Origin: Octopus sinensis
Taxonomy: Eukaryota
DNA length: 64,000 bases
Assembly: GCF_006345805.1 (NCBI RefSeq)
Contig: NC_043008.1
Span: 7,254,001-7,318,000, forward strand
Direction: 5' to 3'
The notes under the pieces were generated by a model. The model saw nothing but the letters and a program-made list of their open reading frames with translations. It was not told the origin of the DNA and made no database searches. The translations under genes were made by a program, and so were the position numbers. Positions 27,104-40,664 of this stretch are shown in pieces (positions within the stretch are counted from its first letter, which is position 1; every line of letters begins with the position of its first letter).

Positions 27104-27230
27104 AGCACTTGGTTATAAACTTAGGTACACATCCAGTTGTATATTGGATATTTAATATCCCTTAGATAGTTTCTTAATCTCTAACTCATACAGACACACA
27201 CACACACACACATACACACACATATATATA

Positions 27231-27413
27231 TGTGTGGTAAGAAGCTTGCTTCCCAAGTACGTGGTTCTGTGTTGAGTTCCACTGCATGGCACCTTAGCCA
27301 CGTGTCTTCTGCTATAGCCTCGGCCGAATAAAGCCTTGTGGGTGGATTTGGTAGATGGAAACTGAAAGAAGTCTGTCGTATATATATGTATATATATATC
27401 TATATCTATATCA

Positions 27414-27445
<32 letters not shown>

Positions 27446-27660
27446 ATGCGTGTGTTTATCCCCCAATCACCACTTCACAATCGGTATTCGTGTGTTTACG
27501 TCCCCGTAACTTAGTGGTTCGCAAATGACCGATAGAATATGAATTTGGATTAAAAAATAAGTACTGGTGTGGATTCATTCGACTAAACATTCAAGGCGGT
27601 GCCCCAGCATGGTCACAGTCTAATGCCTGAAACAAATAAAAGATAAAAAAGAAAAGAAAA
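27231..27660 (+). mobile_element. SINE family A
   Basis: tgtgtggtaagaagcttgcttccc...gtagatggaaactgaaagaag...ccagcatggtcacagtc. Confidence 0.85.
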
Positions 27661-27697
27661 AGGATATATACATACACACATACACACATACACGCAC

Positions 27698-27770
<73 letters not shown>

Positions 27771-27772
<2 letters not shown>

Positions 27773-28046
27773 CTAATAAAAAGGGTTCTGCAAAGATTTG
27801 CCTCACCACACACCGAAGTTCAGAAATGGCAGCCAAAAATCTTAGCCAATTCTTCTACTTTAAAAAGGGTCTTCTTTAAAGTAGAAGAAATGGCTAAGAT
27901 TTTGGCTGCTATTTCTGAACTTCGGTGTGTGGTGGGGCAATTCTTTGCATAACCGTTTTTATGTCCTGTTTTCATACCGATTTCTACTTGGTGAAATTTA
28001 TTGATTACTTCTTAATTAATTAATTTTACCCTTTGTTATTATTGAT
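27771..28046 (-). mobile_element. Second fold-back copy of the 20-kb Penelope-like family in (TA)n
   Basis: Arms ~27776-27864 and ~27875-27962 are inverted and homologous to 20010-20100 (ttgcctcaccacacaccgaagttcagaaatggcagc). It ends with aattaattaattttaccctt...(TA)n, like 20553-20590. Confidence 0.75.
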
Positions 28047-28833
28047 ATATATATATATATATCTATATATATATATATATATAAAACGATCTTCTTTTAG
28101 GTTCCGCCTACCAAATTCAGGCAATCGGCTCGAGGCTATAGTAGAAGAAGCTTGCAGAAGTTGCCGTACTCTGGAACTGAACTTATGACCACATAATTGG
28201 AGTGTAAGCTAGAAAGACAGACAGACAGACAAATACACAAAGAAATAGACTGATAGCTGAGGCAGACAGGGAGAGAGAGAAAGACTGAGACAAAGACGGA
28301 GGGGGAGAAAGAGAGAAAGTGAGTGAGATGGAGTGGTGGCTGGATGGATGTAGATACATTTTAAAGAAAACCGGTGTCTTTCGAATTGACGTCAGTTTCA
28401 TTAAAAATGAAAATATAAAAAAATGGTGCGTCGATTCAAAAACATATATATCTAAAAACTTGGCTCTTATATTCAGCTGAAAATCTTTCAATAATACTTA
28501 AATATGAATGTTTTTATTTTACGTCTACGAAACATTAATGTGAATCTTCTCATACAAGCACACACACACACTCACAAACACACACAAACACATACACACA
28601 TACTCACAAACACACACACTCACAAACACACACACACACACACACATACATACACACACACGCACACATATACACACCCATCACAAACACACATACAAAC
28701 ACACACACACAAGCACACACATATACATATATAAGTATGTATATATATATGTGTATAGATAGAGATATTTTGTATATAGACTCATTTGTGTTATACATAT
28801 GTACATACATATATACACACATATACATATATG

Positions 28834-28868
<35 letters not shown>

Positions 28869-29586
28869 ATGTATATGTTGTATATGTGTGTGTATGCATG
28901 CGTGTGAATGTATGTACGTATGTATGCGTATGTGAATTGAAATAAACAATTTTCTCACACTTCCTTCAAAATGTGTTGTGTATCTCAACGACCGGAAATG
29001 TTTTTGTTGCTGACTGATTGTCGTATTTAAGATTCAGTCAAGAAAACAATCTTATATTACTTGCGTGTGTAGTATTTAAGCTCGTATATGTAAGTTCCAA
29101 TGCCGAACCTATAAGTCAACACGTACTACGCTACGTCCTCAATAATTTTCAAACATTTTCTCCTTTGGAATAAAAAAAAACATATATATATATATACGTT
29201 ACAAAATTTACCACGAATATTTGCAGTTCCAGTGCGGTCACTTTCTGTCTGTCTATCTATCCCTGCATCTATCAATGTATGTATGTAGGTATGCATGTAT
29301 GTATGGTATGTATGTATGTATGTATGGTATGTATGTATGTAATTATGTATGTATGTATGTACGTAGTACGTATGTAGTATGTATGTATGTATGTATGTAT
29401 GTACGTACGTATGTATGTATGTATTTGTATGTATGTATGTCGTATGTATGTATGTTATGTACATGTATGTACGTATATGTATGTATGTATGTATCTATCT
29501 ATTTATCTACTATCTAGTATCTATCGTCTAGTTATCTATTTATCATCTATCTATCTATCTATCTATCTATCTATTTATCCATCCCC

Positions 29587-29636
<50 letters not shown>

Positions 29637-29659
29637 GTATGTATATATATATCATGATT

Positions 29660-30180
29660 TGACACGCAGGAAGTCCATGGTCACCCTGGCCGTAGGGGAG
29701 GAAGAATTGACGTGTCAGAAGACGTGGCTATGCTGACGTGCGAAGAAGATCACGATGTGAGGCCTTAGGATCTGGTCAACGTAGCGGTACAGTGTGATGC
29801 CATTCCCTCTGCCTGCACCAATATTTTGGAACACGTGGCTCTCAATTCTCTGATTCAGGCCTATATCATCCCAAACCATGAAGCTTTGCCCACCCCTCGC
29901 GTCTCTCTCCATGATACATGCGTCTTTGTAGCGTTCAAATCTCCTACGTCGCACCCTCACTCTGACATCCGAGGTGGAAACATAGTACCGGCTCTCGTAG
30001 GGAACAGTTGAGAAAGACACAAGCCATTCTTCCTGCAGCACCAAGGCCGAGACGCTGGCTTAGATCAAGGAGGTATTAGAAGATATTCCAAAGGCCACAA
30101 GGGAGGGACGTATGCATCGGATTCCGGAGCCGTCTTGAGGCCTCAGTTGAAGCTGCGGACGGCTTCTTTGAGTAAACTGT
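29660..30180 (-). pseudogene. Tc1-family DDE transposase fragment
   Basis: ORF 29715-30044: ESRYYVSTSDVRVRVRRRRFERY...GGQSFMVW...RYVDQILRPHIV..F. It continues past a stop as HVNSSSPTARVTMDFLR, a decayed QQDNARPHTA motif. Confidence 0.88.
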
Positions 30181-30945
30181 TATATCCATACCAAAAGTAA
30201 GATTGGTAATTCTGGGGTTTTTAATAATTTTTTTCTTTCGGACGTGGTATAGTGTTTCATTTTCCTTTTAAGCAAACTGTCAAATTTAGCGCAAACACCT
30301 TGTATATAATATAATGGTAAGTGTTCATGAAGAACTGTCTGTTGTATACAAATATTTTAGATACTTGTTTTAAAGCCAAAACAATACAAGTCACGTAGTG
30401 TAATAACACAGGTCGAAGGTTTGTACTTTTAAATGCTATTTCTGTATTTCAGATTTAATATCCTTTACACAGGAAATCTTCAAAGGAATGATGTTATAAG
30501 TAGATTTCTCTGTTCAGTAGTCCATACCCCCAACACAGAAGCACACAAATACACACACACACACAACACACACACACACACACACATACAAACACATACA
30601 CACACTCACACACACGCACGGATGTGTATAAACACATTCATTATCAATGAAAATACTCGTTTGTCTCCTCACCTCCATCGCCATGTTCCCTGCTCATACG
30701 CCATAGTGACTACATTTCTGGAATACTCTCGCACCCAGAGCGTTTAGATGTTCATTCAAACTCAACATCGAAACACCTCCATCTTGCTATTTTCATGTCG
30801 TGAACTACATCCACACATATCCTTCTTTCTACCAACGCCATAGCAAATACGATTATAATGATGTATAGATAATGATATATAGAGATGAGAAGAAAGCATT
30901 TAGGAAAAAAAAGAGAACTTGTTCCCGAAATATTTACGATTCAAC

Positions 30946-30989
<44 letters not shown>

Positions 30990-31222
30990 ATATGTCTGTA
31001 TAGGTGTCCTTACATATTTCTGAATAAATATATATTGTTGGTGGAAAAAAAAATGACTTGTCAATATACAAAATATTGCAAATACAAAATTATAGACAGG
31101 ATGCAACACAATCTAAACTGAAGGTCTATATAATATGCAATAAAATAAAGCACGTTCGAAATACATACACTCCCATACACACACATATTATTCAATTATG
31201 TATGTATATATATATATTATGT

Positions 31223-31258
<36 letters not shown>

Positions 31259-32717
31259 ATATGTATAATATATATATGTATATGTATATATATATGTGTG
31301 TGTGTATGTATATATGTATATATATATGTATATATATCAATGTATATATACATACGTACGTACGCACACATTATATTATATCTATGTATATATATATATA
31401 TATACATATTATATGCGTATTATATAATATAAAGATATATATCTTATATATATATAGATATGTACATATATGTATATAATATATATATTTATAAATATGT
31501 ATATATACCATACATATACGTACACACAATGTTTATATGTATGTGCATGTAAATATATATATATATCTGTATATAAATATATTGATTGATATATACATAC
31601 ATATGTATATATCAATCATACATACCTATGTATACACACATGTATATTATATATATGCATATATATACATATATATATATTATACAATATAAAGATATAT
31701 ATAACATATATAATATATATATATTAATATGTATATATAATGTATGTATATACATATGTATGTATGTAGTTATATATATATATATAATATAATATATATA
31801 TCTATATATATAATATCTATATATATATATTATATATATATAATATATATGTATACACACACACGCGCGCGCAATGAAACCAAAAAAATGAATTTTGAAT
31901 TACTGGATGTCAGCACTTGTTTCTATTTCCACTCAGCAACCTATTCTTCAGTTATTCTACAACGACTTTTTACATCATTTTTGTTAATTTTCTACCCAAA
32001 ACAGTTATTATATTCGACACCTTTTCTTCTCTCTCCAGATCACAATTCTCTATATCCGACCCCTTCTTCTCTCTTGTATACACAGACACAATTCTTCTAA
32101 CGAGTACTATATATATATATTTACTCAGAAGAAATTCTTTTTTTTTCCTATTTATTATATATTTACATGTCCTAATGTTTCTATAATCGCACAATTACTT
32201 TGCCATTTACATTTCACAATATATTATCGTTTTCAAAAATATATCTTCATTCGCTGTCTTTGTTTTGCGCTATTTCTTCTTTATCTCCTATTCAGTTTTT
32301 TGTGTTGTTTAATGTCTTACTTGTATATTTTTATTATTTCCTTCAATTTTCCGGTTACTTTTCTGCTATGATTAATCAAATGACAAGGAACGCAAAAAAA
32401 AAAAAAAAATACATACTCCACAACCCCTTCACTTACACATATATACACGCACGCAAGCATGTACACGTATACATATACGTGAATATAATCTTGAGCGCAT
32501 ATATATATATGCATATAAACACAAAGACATATATATTTATACTATTTTATATATCGTATATGCACATATGTAAGTATATTTTTCTATATGCGTGTGTTAA
32601 CAGAGTATATATGCATATATATGTATGTATGTATGTATATATATAAGTGTGTGTGGATATGTATATATATATGTATATCTATATATGTATGTATCTATCT
32701 CTCTCTCTATCTATCTA

Positions 32718-32811
<94 letters not shown>

Positions 32812-33094
32812 TATAATATATACATAATTTCGTTATTCGCAAACATATACATATAATATATGTCTAATCTTGTCGAGGAATATTTTGGTGTGTTCGTGTG
32901 AGTCTTTTCTTTCAGTATATAAATAGGATTATCTACACATTTGACTTGATTCACAAGTCATTTCTACTGAATTTTGTTCTGTGGGACGTAAATAATATAA
33001 ATTTGTCCGCACCTACGTACATGCGCATATAAGTACTTATAATTATATAGGTATATATGTATGTGTGTATGTACACACACAAAAACACTCACAC

Positions 33095-33143
<49 letters not shown>

Positions 33144-33773
33144 CATTTATGTATGTATTTATATGTATATATATTCATAAATATGTTGTCTATATTATGT
33201 TACATTTTTTTATGTATAAGTATCTGCATATATATATATATATGACAAAAATAGATAGGTAGAGAGATAGGGTGAGATAGAGAAAGAAAGGAAGAAGCAA
33301 AGAGACAGAGAGACAGTTGGTGTTATAGAGAGAAAGAAGGGAAATGAAAGATGATAAATCAGGAAATTTATTCAGAAACGCTTTACCATTTCCATCGGAT
33401 GTTATTCTTATGTTGAATACATTTTTGTCTGTGTTGTTTTGCAGAACTTACCAAAGCAAAATAATTTAGTCAGTTGTGAATCAACAAAAGTCAATGAAAA
33501 TAACAGATACCAAATGAAACTGAAAATTTTTTTTTTCATCTGTAAAATGCCACGAGATTATAACTGGAAACTGTTTTGCTGGCATACAAAACCGTGTGGA
33601 ACATGACGTAGAGCATAGCCAAACGTGGTTTGCGAATAAAAAATGTAGAATCTGATCAACTCTGTCGCGAACAGTTTATTATCATATTTGGAATAGATTT
33701 TCGGTAACAAATACGTTAGCTCTTTTAACATCGGAGTGGCTGTGTGGTTATAGGCGCAGGAGTGGCTGTGTGC

Positions 33774-34366
33774 AAGGCGGCCAGCTGGCAGAATCGTTAG
33801 CATGCCGGGCGAAATGCTTAGCGGTATTTCGTCTGCCGTTACGTTCTGAGTTCAAATTCCGCCGAGGTCGACTTTACCTTTCATCCTTTCGGGGTCGATA
33901 AATTAAGTACCAGTTACGCACTGGGGTCGATGTCATCGACTTAATACCTATGTCTGTCCTTGTTTGTCCCCTCTGTGTTTAGCCTCCTTGTGGGTAATAA
34001 AGAAATAGGTATTTCGTCTGCCGTTACGTTCAAATTCCGCCAAGGTCGACTTTGCCTTTCATCCTTTCCTGGTCGATTAAATAAGTACCAGTTACGCACT
34101 GGGGCCGATATAATCGACTTAATCCGTTTGTCTGTTCTTGTTTGTCCTCTCTGTTTTTAGCCCCTTGTCGGTAGTAAAGAAATAGGTATTTCATCTGCCG
34201 TTACGTTCTGAGTTCAAATTCCGCCGAGGTCGACTTTGCCTTTCATCCTTTCGGGGCCGATAAATTAAGTACCAGTTAAGCACTGAGGTCGAAGTATGCG
34301 ACTCAATCCGTTTGTCTGTCCTTGTTTATCCTCACTGTGTTTAGCCCCTTGTGGGTAGTAAAGAAA
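33774..34366 (+). mobile_element. SINE family B trimer inserted into the head of a family A SINE
   Basis: One full unit plus two headless units starting at ggtatttc (34007, 34185). 16-bp TSD caggagtggctgtgtg at 33757-33772 and 34367-34382. The host SINE A continues to ~34436. Confidence 0.9.
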
Positions 34367-35404
34367 CAGGAGTGGCTGTGTGGTAAGTAGCTTGATTACC
34401 AACCACATGGGTTCAGTCCCACTGTATGGCACCTTAAATCATATAAACGACCCTTATACGCTTCCCGAGCTGAGAACATGTAGCGACATAAAATCTGGAT
34501 AACACAATCTTAATTGCCAAAAACCAAACTGACACACGGAAATTCGAAACGATTCCTGCCAGACTGTTAGAATTCCCTGAAGAATTCTGCCAGGATTTTA
34601 CACACTACTCATTTATTAAGAAATTTATTCATAAATTTTCACGCATGCAACCCCACCTCACACACAAACGCACGCACATACACACACAGGCACACATACT
34701 CATTGAGGGAGCCGCGCTGTTGGTATTTCCTTTATCATTACATCCATTTGTAATTAAGTTGGTAGTGTTTATGATATTAGTGAAAGGCGGAGAAACGACG
34801 GAGACGGAGTCGAAATTTTAGTCGGTCCATGTGATCAATTATTAAAGGCATTAAACCGTGTCCATACTGTCTCATTTTCACATTAAATATCAAAATCTGT
34901 TATCTAATGTCTCTTGTTTTAGAGTAATTTTAGGGAAGATCTGTTCATCATTTCTAGCTTGTCGACCAATGATGTAGAGACTCCCGCACTGGCTCTTATG
35001 ATTGTTGTTGTTCACGGATGATAATGAGGACAATGGGGATTTTGTTTTTTTACCTCGTATAATGGGTTATCAATGTAATAGCCAGTATCAGTGGTGGTGG
35101 TGGTGGTCTTGATGGTGTTTGTGGTTGAAAGCTTTCACTGCTGTCACTACTTGCAACGGTCTTCTAGCTTTTACGGCCAACAACATCAAAGCCTGTCACC
35201 TTTTCTCCTCACAATTTCCGCTACGAATGACGCCATGGTTTTATATTTTAACTTCACAAAAAATTCCAGTAATAATATTTAATAAGCTATTTTGTAACTT
35301 GTAAAATGACGACAAATATAAACTATACCTCATTTCTCTCACCTGTTCACAACAAAAAGTCATGATTATTAACTTAAGGTAATAATCATGCGTATGGAAA
35401 ACAA

Positions 35405-36102
35405 CAATAATAATACTGACTTCAAAATTTGGATCAAAACCGCCCAATTGAGGGGTGATGGTAAGTCGATTATAACGACCCCACTGCCATCTGATATTTA
35501 TTTCACCTATCCCTAAGAATGAAAAGTAAAGTGGATCTCGTTGGGATTTGAACACAGAACGTAATGACGGATTACTAAGCATTCTGCCCGATGTGCTAAC
35601 GATTCCACCAGCTCGCCAATTTAAGAGCAATAATAATAACGATTTCAAATTTTGGCACAAGGCCAGCAACATCAAGGGAGGGGTGAATCGATTGCATCGA
35701 CCCCAGTGCTCGCCTGGTATCTTATGTTTCCGATCACTGAAGGTTGAAAGGTAAAGTCGATCACGGAATAATTTGAACTGAGAACATAAAGACAGACGAA
35801 ATACCACTAAGCATTTTGTCCTGTGTGCTATCGATACTACCAGCTCGCCACCAAGAACAATAGTAATAATATTGTGAATATTTCTAAGGTGGGGTGAGGT
35901 CAAAATGGGTGGCACCCAAGACAAGATGCTTAGCTGCAATTCTTCTGGCTTTAAATCCTCAGTTCAAAAGCAGCCGGGGCATACTTTGTCTTTCATTCTT
36001 TCGGATCAGTGAAATAAGTATCATTGGAGCACTAGGGTCAATGTGAACGACCTACTCCTTCCCCCAAATGCTGGCCTTGTGTCAAAATTTGAAACCAATA
36101 TT
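35405..36102. mobile_element. Cluster of three old family B SINEs (two minus, one plus)
   Basis: Minus copies ~35405-35617 and ~35630-35851; plus copy ~35887-36102. They share the tail ctggccttgtg(c/t)caaaatttgaaa. Confidence 0.75.
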
Positions 36103-37124
36103 TTAGATATTTGCATCGAGGCTATAAGAGCAGAAGTTCAGAAGCGACATTAATTGCACATACTAAACATTAGAAAATGTCGAGAGTCTGAGTGAAGACA
36201 AGAGAAAAGTATGTGTATATGAACAGTTTCCGTTTATGCCCCAGCCTAAAGGCAGAAGTCGTGGCCCAATGAGAAAGCCTTATGTGAATTCGAATTACTT
36301 CGTCTACGAAGAACAGGTGCCCTGTCCCAGTTTCTGGCCAAAGCCTACACTTTCATAATTAGAACGCAACCTAATTAACAAACCTAGCACATTACTCTTA
36401 CTACACTTTCATATTTACTCGAGGAAATGCTTCTTTCTCAATCAAAAACTTCTTCGGTGACGATTAAACGAGGCCAGGAATATATTGAATTGTCTCTGGT
36501 CTTCTCGGTTGTACGCATGGCATTGTCGCTTTTTCTTTTTAATCACCAGACAGGAAAGAAAAAAACAAACTGCCAACCGTTTGTTGTCAAGAGAAATACA
36601 ACGAGACAGTTTCAGCATCGATGGACCAGACTAGAGAAACTGCTTGGATTTCGAGAAAATGTTGTATGTAAAATTACCAGTTTCTGTCTGGATGCCAAGG
36701 ATAATGTTAGAAAATAGTAGCAAACAAATTATACGGCTTATTGATTTCAGTAGACCAAGTAAAAAAGAAAGAAAAAATATATATAATATTGCACAAACTA
36801 AAAGAATATATACACAATCGAATGAGAAACTGAGAAAACACTGTCAAAGTTCATCAGGAAGAAAGAGTGGGGTATGTGATGATTTTGCTGGTTATAATTT
36901 GTTTATTTAGGTGGAAAATGGCTGATTGACGCTGAAAAAATGTAAGATAATTAGCAAGGCAGAATATAAATGTATGCAACATGACATCATTCTGTTGATG
37001 TGTTTCGTTTAATCATAATGTTCTCGGTAGCAATGTCAAAGCTAAACGCATCTTCTCGATTCGGAAGTACTAAAAATCGACCGAGACACTAGAGTCGTTT
37101 GAATCACTAATGTTTGTTTCTATC

Positions 37125-37552
37125 TTGTACTAGTTTTAGTCATTAGACTACGGTCATGCTAGGGCACTGCCCTGAAGAGATTTTAGCCGAACAGTTCCAC
37201 CGCTGTACATTTTTATAAAGTCTGGTACTTATTCTGTCGTCGAGTTCTTTTAGCGAACTACTAAGTTTCATGGACGTAAACAAATCGACACCGGTTGTCA
37301 AGCGGTGCAATGTAGACGAACACAAACTTGGAGATACACACGCACACACACACATAGACACATGCACACACGCACACACGCACACATATACATACGACGG
37401 GCTACTTTCAGTTTCCATTTACGAAATCCACTCACAAGGGTTTGGTCGGCTGGAGGACATAGTAGAAGACACTTGCCAAAGATGCCGAGCAATGCGACTG
37501 AACCCAGAACAACGTGGTGGGGAAAGCAAACCCCTTAGCACGCAGCCACGCG
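37125..37552 (-). mobile_element. SINE family A, degenerate
   Basis: Reverse match including aaatccactcacaagggtttggtcggc and tagtagaagacacttgcc. Confidence 0.8.
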
Positions 37553-37844
37553 TGTACCTATTTACGCATAATAATTTGTAAATTTGGCACAAGGCTTCGG
37601 ATATGGAAGAAAAGCAGAACTAATTAAACTGAATCAAGTACTTGACACATAATTTGAGAGGTTGAAGCGGAAACTAATCCCAATGAGATTTGTATTCAGA
37701 ACCCCAACTAAATAAAGAAGAGAATTTCAAATCTCTTTTATATAACACCACTTAATAATTTTACATTCCTTGCAATAGTAGTTTTTGGAGATGAAGTGTT
37801 TGTAATATATACGTGTACGCACAAACATACACACGTATATATAC

Positions 37845-37876
<32 letters not shown>

Positions 37877-38047
37877 AACGGACGCATGCTCAGGCACACG
37901 GTCACAGTTTCACGCACATGTAGCAATGTTTGTAGGCTGTTAGTTAGCATCGTGAAAAGTCTCTGTCCCAAGAACAGTGACAGGGAACTTATCATTTAAG
38001 TGAAAAGAAGCAGTAAAGTAGAGGGTCAAACCTCGCAGTTCGATATA

Positions 38048-38753
38048 CACTGAACCGCAAAAGAAACGCTTTTTTTTTTAAATGTCATATTTACATGGTA
38101 AATTCTCAAAATTTATTTCAGGAATGTAAGTGTAAATATTCCAAGACATGAAGGTTTATGCAGGTAACCTTTCAACTTACCCTGAAACGAGAGACCAAAA
38201 CGCAGCTGCGTTGAATGCCGCGTATGGCAGTCGTAAATAATTGTCAAGAAAACCGAAATGCATGTGCATCGCATGGAAGTTATGGGAATAACTTCCAGCA
38301 GTACAATGCTTCCTGCGTCAGCACATTATCAGAACCATGCCTGGTCGTCTCTCAGCCTGGATTTGAGCCCAACTGATCAGCTGTAAGATGAAATCCAGAG
38401 ACGGCTAAAGAAGGTGGTCCTAAGGCCGAGAACTCGTGTTGAACTGGAGGAAGGTTTCCTCAGGGTGTGGGTACAAGTGCAAATGGCTTCTGTGAACCAC
38501 CTCATGCACTGCATGTACCGACGGTGTATAGCTGTTTTGAACACCCAAGGGGGCATACACGGTATTGAGGATGTCACGACCTACAATCTTGATGAACTGG
38601 ATCCGCCCGCTACCAGAACACAAGACAACGACCCGTAGACTGTGGTCAAACTGCATCCACTTTATCATATTTATCAAAATTTATCACTGACATAATGGAA
38701 TTAAAACATATTCCACAGCCACATATGTCTCGCGTTTCTTTTGTGGTTCGGCG
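38048..38753 (+). mobile_element. Internally deleted Tc1 element with both TIRs and TA TSD
   Basis: TIRs cactgaaccgcaaaagaaacgc (38048-38069) and gcgtttcttttgtggttcggcg (38732-38753) match at 19/22 positions, with TA on both sides. Internal translation WSSLSLDLSPTDQL*DEIQRRL..RPRTRVEL...W...MYRRCIAVLNTQG/GHTRY* is a Tc1 C-terminus. Confidence 0.92.
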
Positions 38754-40558
38754 TATGTTTAGGACAGTCACAGCCGAAGATTAAAAGAAAATGAAACATT
38801 TTTGTTTTACTTTCATTTCTTTTATTATATGTCCTTGTTTGCTTTCTTGATTTTCTTTTATGTCTGGTGTATTATGTTTTAGGCTACCTCTAGTTTTGAG
38901 CTGATGGCTATTTGTACAGTGAATCGTATGAAGCTTTGGCAGATATATTTTTCCAGTGTGTCTTTTGACTTCTGCGAATTTAATCTTTTCTGTCTAATTC
39001 ATTTTCCTTTTGATGAGTCTAAAACTCTTTTATTCTATGTTCCTTGATATTGTGAGTATGTTTTGACGCTGAAGGTAGGAGAGAATGCTTTTCCTTGTTG
39101 ATGCTCAAGATAGAAATATAGGGCACAATTAGGGGTTTGTACAGAAATTGTAGTTAAGATGGCGACCTTTATACGGTGGGAGTTGTCTACAATGTAAAGA
39201 GAATTTTGCCGTGATGTTCTAGTGTTATCTGTTTTCTTTTAATACGGGCATGTATTAGAGCCATTAGATTCTCTATCAATGATGATATTTAGAATAGTAG
39301 TTGATGATGAATTTTTAGTATCTCAGTAAAGATGATTATTAGGGTTAAATATTGAATATACCTCGCTGATGCTAGTTTAATTTTAAAGGTACTATTTCTA
39401 CACCGTTGACCTCCAATAAATTTACCGGTTTTTATCTATAAAATAGTATTAAATGCACGAGTTTACACATTGTATGACGCCCTCCCTAGAAGGTGAGGTA
39501 TAACTCTCCAGCCGCATCAGATTATAATCAAAGAAACGTTGTATCACTTATGGGGATTATAAATAATGTCTCAAAGTCATCGTGACATAAACATTCGTAT
39601 GTCAACAATGTTTTAATACTATAAACGTGTTTGAAGACTATTGCAGATTTACCGCATTAATTTAAATTATTATATTTGTAAGGCTTAATTCCTATTATGA
39701 AGTAATAGGATTTTTGGTATACCATACTTTCTAAGAAAACAGGTGTTAGTGGTTGTTGGAGCTTTTATCTTAATTGCTTCTTCCGTGTTTTTATTGATTT
39801 TGTTATAATATTTCAATAAGGCGTATACACATGGTGTTGCGACTTTTAGTGTTGTTTGAAAGTGTCTGGATGTAATGAAAATGAGTTAGCAAAGAGTAAT
39901 GACTGTGTGTGTGTGTGTGTGTGTACAAAATCTTTTAACATTATGTAACTAACAGTGAGATTTCGTTTTCCTGCTATTTCGTTTGACCACTTGGCATTAA
40001 TGTCTAATTGATATGTTGCACCAGCAAAACATAAGGCTATATCTGATATTAAACATTTGACACAACATTCACTTGTAAACACTACAGTTTTGGTACAAAA
40101 CATTCACCCTGGAACCACATTTTATTTCATACACTTCAAAATACACAAACTACATTGAACGGGTTTTTGTTTCATATTCAAATAAAATAAAATAAATGCA
40201 TAAAGAAACACAAAATATATTCGGCAGGTGTATTCATGATTCGTAAGTTGCAGGATATTTTGTTTATTTGAAATGGAAGCTTTTTTGTCGAGATCAGTAA
40301 AAGTTGAATTTTCACCTTTTTTTTTATTTTCTTTCAACTCCTTGTTCTATCTTTTAGCATCTTAGTTTTCTCTTTTCTTCAATTCAATGATGACTGAATA
40401 CAAACTTGAATGAAATATGAATTGAATAGCAAATCATGACTGAATAAGCAGGACCACTCCAGTTTAGTCAGCGTCTAATTTCTCTGCAGTGACTAAACAA
40501 AATAAACGTCAGAGAAGTTGGCTGTGAATTCTTCAAAAGCAACACAAGAAATTCTTCC

Positions 40559-40664
<106 letters not shown>

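Noticed and set aside
33774-34366. Repeat array superficially like a CRISPR or satellite
   Set aside because: Units are ~180-230 bp SINE bodies with no unique spacers, in a eukaryotic context.
35241-35939. 232-aa ORF
   Set aside because: Runs through two degenerate SINE B copies; incidental.
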